Shown piece by piece: positions 58,377-64,000 of a stretch of DNA of 64,000 nt. The first letter of the stretch is position 1. Every line of letters starts with the position of its first letter. Location of the stretch: the NCBI GenBank assembly GCA_965214935.1, contig CBDCCS010000010.1, positions 160,001-224,000 of the forward strand, in the 5' to 3' direction. This DNA is from Candidatus Velthaea sp. (lineage in GTDB: Bacteria > Vulcanimicrobiota > Vulcanimicrobiia > Vulcanimicrobiales > Vulcanimicrobiaceae). The position numbers and the translations under genes are program-made. A model generated the notes under the pieces. That model was not told the origin of the DNA. It did no database searches and saw nothing but the letters and a program-made list of their open reading frames with translations.

Positions 58377-59323
58377 CGAAATTCGGCCGACCCCGGCGTC
58401 GTAGTCAGCCGTGCGATCGAACGGCGCAGCATCGGGCGCGGCACGGCGATGTTCGCTTCAACATCACCGATGGCGTGCGGTAACGTGAACCGCGTCTGGG
58501 CGGGAATTTTTGCGAGCACCGCATCGGCCTCGATGCGCTCGTCATGCAATGAAAAGCCCAGCAACGCGAGAACCGCAAGCACGCGTAAGTGATCGCGTTC
58601 GCCGAAGTCCGCGACGCGCCGGGCCGTCAAGCACGCCGCGCGGATGCCGAGCGCAAGCGCGACTTGCGGCGCAACGCTATGCGTTGCGGCAAGTGCGTGC
58701 GCAAACGGCAAACCCAGATCGAGCACGCGCCGCTCGTCTCCGGCGTGCATGCGATCGACGCGAAGTGCATCGTCGATCACCGATTCCCACGGCCATTTGC
58801 GCAACGGATGCGGCGATAACGTTTCAAGTCCGTCAAAAAAATCGTGGCCTTCGATGAACGCATCGCGGACGAGCGTGCCGAGTCCGTCGCGCGTGCTGCG
58901 CGGCACCGAGTCGTAGTCAACGTTTAAAGCGAACGGCGGCACGGCAAGCGCAGTCGAACCGCGGCGGGCAATCGGATCGACACCGCGATCGATCGCGGCG
59001 CCCAGCGTCGTCGCCACGAGCATCGTACGTAAGCCCCCGGCATATAAGGCTCCGGCCAGTCGAGCAGCGTCGAGCATCGGCCCGGCGCCGCACGCAACAA
59101 CGATCGTTCCCGGGCCCGCACCGCGTCGCTTGAGCACGGCATGCATCGCATCAACGACCGCGAGCGTCGTTCCGCGTGGATCGACGACGGACACGCCCAA
59201 AGCGCCCGGCTGGCGAGCGAAGCGCCGGCCCATACTCGCCGCGCCCGGATCGCAAAACGTGATAAATCGCCCGTTGCCGGCCTCGCGCGCCAGTCGTGCG
59301 AGTTCCGGGGCGTTCGAGGTCAT
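58373..59323 (-). CDS. Degenerate 3-dehydroquinate synthase (AroB)-like protein
   Basis: GAGPMLD.A..AGALY.GG....V.TTL.A.ID and ERRVLDLG..FAHAL align by eye to AroB motifs, but the metal ligands are substituted. Confidence 0.65.
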   Translation of the reverse strand: MTSNAPELARLAREAGNGRFITFCDPGAASMGRRFARQPGALGVSVVDPRGTTLAVVDAMHAVLKRRGAGPGTIVVACGAGPMLDAARLAGALYAGGLRTMLVATTLGAAIDRGVDPIARRGSTALAVPPFALNVDYDSVPRSTRDGLGTLVRDAFIEGHDFFDGLETLSPHPLRKWPWESVIDDALRVDRMHAGDERRVLDLGLPFAHALAATHSVAPQVALALGIRAACLTARRVADFGERDHLRVLAVLALLGFSLHDERIEADAVLAKIPAQTRFTLPHAIGDVEANIAVPRPMLRRSIARLTTTPGSAEFR

Positions 59324-59453
59324 TGCAGGCAGCCCGGAACGTCGCGTGTTGCAATTGGAAAGGCCGCGCCGGCGCGAGGAATCATCCGCACTGCTTCGCG
59401 TTAATACGCGCGCATCATTGGCGCCCGTTTCAAAGCAGCCGCGAGTGCGGCGC

Positions 59454-60410
59454 TCAGTCTTCGTTGCGCTGGCGTCCGTACAGCAGCAACGCGACGAGGA
59501 TGACCACGCCGGACGCGATGCTGCGGCCGGCCTCGCCGATGCTGTACTCCTGTAACACCGAACGTAACACGATGAGAAAAATCGCTCCGGCAACGCTGCC
59601 CCAATAATTGCCGCGGCCACCCAGAATCGAGGCTCCGCCGATAACGACTGCGGCGATACTGTCGAAGAGGAACGGGTCGCCCATGCCGAGCGTCGCTTGT
59701 TGGCCGAACGCCGCCAGACCGAAACCGGCGACCCCGGCAAAGAATCCGCTCAGCGCGTACACGATGACGGTAACGGCGCGTGTGTCGACGCCCGAAAGAT
59801 ACGCCGCAAGCGCATTGTTGCCCAACGCATAAATCCGGCGGCCGAGCAGCGTCAAACTCAAAATAACGCCGACCCCGACGGCAATGAGCGCCCACACCAG
59901 CAGGCCGTTCGCGACGCCCGGCACGAGTTGCGCGGTGAATGCCGCGACGACGGCCGGCGGGGCATACGAATTGCAGGCCGCGCAAGTGAATCCGCCGGTA
60001 AAGCCCAGCACCAGCCCTTCCATGATTCCGTTCATCGCCAGCGTCATGACGACGGGTGGAATATCGAAGAGCACGATGCCCAGGCCGTTGACGGCGCCCG
60101 CGCCGGCGCCGGCGGCAAGTGCAAGCGGGACCGCCCACCAGGCGCGGACGTTCTGGCCCAGCGACATCGTCGTGAGCAGGATTGCAATCGCGTTGAGCAC
60201 CCACGGCACCGATAGATCGATTCCGCCGATGAGCACGACGAAGGTTTGGCCGGCAGCCGCAATCCCGATGAACGACGCCAGCAGCAGCAGCGTCGCCAGA
60301 TTTCCCGGCTCGATGAAGCTCGGCCGATAAATGCCGCCGACGATCACGAGCGCAATTGCCGCCGCAAACGCAAAGAGCGTGCCGCGTTCGGCGCGTAACG
60401 TTGCGATCAT
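59454..60410 (-). CDS. Sugar ABC transporter permease
   Basis: GGIDLSV, GRRIYALGNN..AA.LSGV, SIAAVVIGG. Confidence 0.92.
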   Translation of the reverse strand: MIATLRAERGTLFAFAAAIALVIVGGIYRPSFIEPGNLATLLLLASFIGIAAAGQTFVVLIGGIDLSVPWVLNAIAILLTTMSLGQNVRAWWAVPLALAAGAGAGAVNGLGIVLFDIPPVVMTLAMNGIMEGLVLGFTGGFTCAACNSYAPPAVVAAFTAQLVPGVANGLLVWALIAVGVGVILSLTLLGRRIYALGNNALAAYLSGVDTRAVTVIVYALSGFFAGVAGFGLAAFGQQATLGMGDPFLFDSIAAVVIGGASILGGRGNYWGSVAGAIFLIVLRSVLQEYSIGEAGRSIASGVVILVALLLYGRQRNED

Positions 60411-61402
60411 CTTGCGCGCTGCAGCGAGCGGCGCACGAGCGTGCTCGCGACGACGGCCAGAATCAGAAAGACGCCTTGGAAGAACTCTTGCAGTTGCGTA
60501 TTGACGCCGGCGAAGAACAGCACGTTGAGCAGCAGCGTGAGGATGAAGGCACCGGCCAAGCTTCCGACGGCGCTTCCGCGGCCACCGAAAAGGCTCACGC
60601 CGCCGAGCACCACCGCCGCAATCGACGTCAGCGTGAACGGCGTCCCGCTGGTGGCATCACCCGAGGTATTCGCCGCGGCGAAATACAAGCCGGCGGCGCC
60701 GGCGCACAGTCCTGCAAGCGTGTACGCGCCGAGTTTTGCGCGCGCCACGGACAGACCGTTTGCGCGCGCGGCACGCTCGTCGTTACCGACGGCGTACACG
60801 GCGTTGAGGAACCGGGTCCGGCGCAAAAGCGGCCAGGCGGCGCAGAGCAGCACGACGATGAGCGCGCTATTCGGCAGCCAGCTCAAAAACGGCAACGTGC
60901 CGGCCAGCAGCGCGGTGAGGACCGGTGGAATCGTGCCGCCTTGCTGCGGCAGAACCAGCAGCGCGACACCTTCCCAAATTGCGAGCGTTGCGAGCGTCAC
61001 GATGATCGGTTGCAATCGTCCGTAGACGACGAGTGCGCCGTTGACGAATCCGGCAAACGCGCCGACGGCGAGCACGAGTAGGGAAACGCCGGCGATCGAA
61101 AGCGGACTATCGCTCATGTAGCGCGCCGCAACGCTGTTGGTGACGTCGACGATCCCGCCCACCGAGAGATCGATGCCGCCGGTCAGCACGACGAAGGTTT
61201 GACCGATGGCCGCGAGGCCGACGCTAAGCGTATTGTTGACCGTGGTGAGCAACTCGAAGCTGCCCGGCAACCGGCTTTGCTTGAGCGTGAAGAGCACGAT
61301 GTACAGCACGACCATCGCGATGAACGTTCCGAGACTGAGCAGCAGCGGGACGTTCTGCAGCGCGAAGTAGCGCAGCCGGCGCCGGGCGGGCGTGCCGATC
61401 AC
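60407..61402 (-). CDS. Sugar ABC transporter permease
   Basis: GGIDLSVG, QPIIVTLA, YAVGND..AA..NG, SIAAVVLGG. Confidence 0.92.
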   Translation of the reverse strand: MIGTPARRRLRYFALQNVPLLLSLGTFIAMVVLYIVLFTLKQSRLPGSFELLTTVNNTLSVGLAAIGQTFVVLTGGIDLSVGGIVDVTNSVAARYMSDSPLSIAGVSLLVLAVGAFAGFVNGALVVYGRLQPIIVTLATLAIWEGVALLVLPQQGGTIPPVLTALLAGTLPFLSWLPNSALIVVLLCAAWPLLRRTRFLNAVYAVGNDERAARANGLSVARAKLGAYTLAGLCAGAAGLYFAAANTSGDATSGTPFTLTSIAAVVLGGVSLFGGRGSAVGSLAGAFILTLLLNVLFFAGVNTQLQEFFQGVFLILAVVASTLVRRSLQRAR

Positions 61403-62889
61403 GAAGCGATAGGGACGCGGATCGCGGCGGCGACGATCGCTTCGGGCGTCAGTGTATCGCGCAATTCGCTTACGATGCGGCCCTCGCGCATGATCAGGAC
61501 GCGGTGGCAGAGATGCGCGATCTCCTCGGTATCCGTCGAATAGAAAAGAATGGTGCGGCCTTCATCGCTCAGCCGCCGAATCAGGGCGTAAATATCACGC
61601 TTCGTCCCGACATCGACACCGCGCGTGATATCGTAGAGCAGCAGCACGCGCGCGTCGGTCAGCAGCCAGCGCCCGATCAAAACCTTCTGCTGATTGCCGC
61701 CCGACAACGCGCCGACCCGTTGTCCGGGCGTCGGCGTTTTGATCGCGAGGCCGCGCACCATGCCGTCGACGAGCCGATTCTCGGCCGCCCGCCGCACGAA
61801 GCCCCACCGTGAGAGACGGGTCAAGATCGCCAACGCGAGATTTTGGCGCACCGAAAGCGGCAGCAGCAGGCCTTCGGTTTTCCGGTCTTCGGGGATGAGC
61901 GCGATTCCGGCCCGGATCGCGGCTTGCGGTGAACGCGCGGTCATGTCGCGGCCGTCGACGGCGATCGTTCCGCCGGAGCGCGCGGCCATGCCGAACAGTG
62001 CGGCAAACAGCTCGCGCTGACCCTGGCCCGCCAGGCCGCCGATACCCAGTACTTCACCGCGCTGCGCCTGCAGCGATATCTCGGGCAGCCCTTTGGCGGA
62101 GAGCCGGTCGACGGCGAGCGTACAGGTCGATGCCGTCAGCGGCACGGGCTTGGGAAACAATACGTCGAGCCGCTGGCCGGTCATCTGCTCGACCGCGTCG
62201 TCTTCACTCAGGTCGTGGGCGCGCGAAGTTGCAACCCACTCGGCATTGCGGAACACCGTGATCCGGTCGGCGATGCCTTTTATTTCATTCCACCGGTGCG
62301 AAGTAAAGACGATGCACGCGCCCTCGGCGCGTAACCGGCCGATCAAACCGAAGAGCCACTTAACGCTGTGCTCGGCCAGCGCCGACGTGGGTTCATCCAT
62401 AAAGATGATGCGCGGCTTACGCGAGACGGCTTTGACGATCTCGACGATCTGCTGCTGGGCCAGGGGCAGGTTGGCAACGAGTTCGAGCGGTTCGATGCCG
62501 CTGATACCAGCGGCGGCGAAAAGTTCGTGCGCGCGTTCCAGCAGCCGGCGCGCGTCGATAAACGGCCCGTTACGCGGCTCGCGCCCGAGCAACAGGTTTT
62601 CGGCGACCGTCATGTACGGCAGTAGTGTGAGTTCCTGGAAGACCGTTCCGATGCCGCAGCCCAGCGCATGCTGCGGCCGCGTGAAGGCGACCGGCTCGCC
62701 GTTCACGCGAATCTCACCGCCGTCGGGCGGGTAGAGTCCGCTCAAAAGTTTGATGAGCGTGCTCTTTCCCGCGCCGTTTTCACCGACGAGTGCATGCACT
62801 TCGCCGGCATCGGCGCTAAACGACGCGCTGCGCAGTGCGACGACGGCACCGAAGGACTTCGAGAGCGCGATCCCTTCGATCGCGTGCAT
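61399..62889 (-). CDS. Sugar ABC transporter ATP-binding protein (two domains)
   Basis: GENGAGKST, MDEPT, PEDRK, LSGGNQQK. Confidence 0.94.
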   Translation of the reverse strand: MHAIEGIALSKSFGAVVALRSASFSADAGEVHALVGENGAGKSTLIKLLSGLYPPDGGEIRVNGEPVAFTRPQHALGCGIGTVFQELTLLPYMTVAENLLLGREPRNGPFIDARRLLERAHELFAAAGISGIEPLELVANLPLAQQQIVEIVKAVSRKPRIIFMDEPTSALAEHSVKWLFGLIGRLRAEGACIVFTSHRWNEIKGIADRITVFRNAEWVATSRAHDLSEDDAVEQMTGQRLDVLFPKPVPLTASTCTLAVDRLSAKGLPEISLQAQRGEVLGIGGLAGQGQRELFAALFGMAARSGGTIAVDGRDMTARSPQAAIRAGIALIPEDRKTEGLLLPLSVRQNLALAILTRLSRWGFVRRAAENRLVDGMVRGLAIKTPTPGQRVGALSGGNQQKVLIGRWLLTDARVLLLYDITRGVDVGTKRDIYALIRRLSDEGRTILFYSTDTEEIAHLCHRVLIMREGRIVSELRDTLTPEAIVAAAIRVPIAS

Positions 62890-62900
62890 GCGCGGCTCCG

Positions 62901-64000
62901 CTACGGGAGACGCACGACGAGCTTACCCGGGCACGGCGTTCCGTGCAGGACGGCATCTTTGCAGACGATGACGCTGGCTTTCGGTCCGCTGTCGGTGAAG
63001 TCGACGAAGTAGCTGCCCGGCAGATCCTTGAACGTCGTCAGACCTTCTTTGACCGTATCTTGCGTCACGAACGGGAACGGAATCGTGACGTCGCTCTTGG
63101 GATGTTTGCCTTGCAGCACTTCGGTTGCAAGATACAGCGAGATGATCCCTAAAAACGGCGGCTGACCGATCGACAGCGCCTTAAAACCCTTGTCGCGATA
63201 GCTGATCATGTACTGGCGGAACGCATTTTCGGCTTCGCCGGCGACCGGAATCGGAAAGGGCCGTTTGGCGTCGATGAGCGCGCGAATCACGCCGTCGGTG
63301 CCGCCTTGACACCAGATCCCGTCGATCTTGCCCAGCGACGGCAGCTGTTGCACCGTGGCGCGCTGTGCGACGTCCGACGCCCACTGCCCGGAGTATTTGG
63401 CAACCACTTTAATATCGGGATATTTTGCGAAGACGGCATCCGCGCCCTTATTGCGATCCTGATCGACACCGGTGCCGGCGACCCCGGTAACCTCGATGAT
63501 ATTGCCCTTGCCGTGCAGCTGGTCGGCAACGAATTGCGCCATCTTGCCGCCGAAGGCAATCTGATCGGTATTGACCTTGAGTGCGCACGGGTTGCTTACG
63601 ACGGCATCGAACGAAACGACGAGAATTCCGGCATTGCACGCTTGCGTGATGACGCCGTTGAGCCCCGTCGGCGAAGCAGCGTTGAGCACGATCGCGTCGA
63701 CGTGCGAGGAAATGAGGTCGTCGATCTGTGCCGTCTGCTTGGAAACGTCGTTGCCCGAGCTGTATTCCGTACATGTCGCGATCGACTTGAGCGGCTCCAT
63801 CGCACACGCCGCCTTGAATTCGTTGACCATCTCAACACGCCACGTGTTGCCGATATACGAATTGCTCAGGGCGATTTTATACGGTGGCGCATGCGTCGCG
63901 GCGGCGATTTGCTGCGCTGCAGCCGAGGCTCGCAGCGTTGCCGCCCCGGCCGCCGTCAACAGCACGGCGGTGACGACAGCGCCCAGCGCAAACGGATTTC
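62901..64000 (-). CDS. Sugar ABC substrate-binding protein (start lies beyond the window)
   Basis: IALSNSYIGNTWR, VDAIVLN, VVSFD; the frame is open to the window edge within the signal peptide. Confidence 0.9.
   Translation of the reverse strand, partial: NPFALGAVVTAVLLTAAGAATLRASAAAQQIAAATHAPPYKIALSNSYIGNTWRVEMVNEFKAACAMEPLKSIATCTEYSSGNDVSKQTAQIDDLISSHVDAIVLNAASPTGLNGVITQACNAGILVVSFDAVVSNPCALKVNTDQIAFGGKMAQFVADQLHGKGNIIEVTGVAGTGVDQDRNKGADAVFAKYPDIKVVAKYSGQWASDVAQRATVQQLPSLGKIDGIWCQGGTDGVIRALIDAKRPFPIPVAGEAENAFRQYMISYRDKGFKALSIGQPPFLGIISLYLATEVLQGKHPKSDVTIPFPFVTQDTVKEGLTTFKDLPGSYFVDFTDSGPKASVIVCKDAVLHGTPCPGKLVVRLP

Noticed and set aside
1..64000. CRISPR array, IS element, prophage or defence island
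   Set aside because: No regularly spaced repeats, transposase, phage structural or defence genes were recognised anywhere in the window.

Overview
GC-rich bacterial chromosomal segment with about 55 CDS, one tRNA and one riboswitch; no rRNA, CRISPR array, IS element or prophage is visible. The mix of a TonB-dependent receptor (outer membrane), a Firmicutes-like cdaA-cdaR-glmM operon and a c-di-AMP riboswitch suggests a diderm Terrabacterium, probably Ca. Eremiobacterota/Vulcanimicrobiota (inference, not checked). Content from left to right: an RND efflux pair whose adaptor is broken by an in-frame TAG; a sugar ABC transporter with tetritol-type catabolic genes; a TetR/DUF4188 pair; a cysteine hydrolase-TonB receptor-SBP-sarcosine oxidase-like operon; peptidases; an EAL phosphodiesterase behind a sigma28-type promoter; dgoK/dgoA and other sugar-acid genes; glgP-agmatinase; a lone Cre-like tyrosine recombinase; ilvA; a second sugar ABC transporter; thrB/thrC/ilvD; a soluble PAS chemoreceptor; tRNA-Gln; a c-di-AMP locus; rsgA, rpsT, priA; a degenerate AroB-like protein; a third sugar ABC transporter. 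The best candidate for an undescribed system is the c-di-AMP locus: an unknown 102-aa protein is translationally coupled to cdaA-cdaR-glmM, directly followed by a c-di-AMP riboswitch in front of an NlpC/P60 hydrolase. Next are the AroB-fold protein lacking its zinc ligands and two probable CTG starts in CTGA stop/start overlaps. All calls come from reading motifs by eye; no searches were run.
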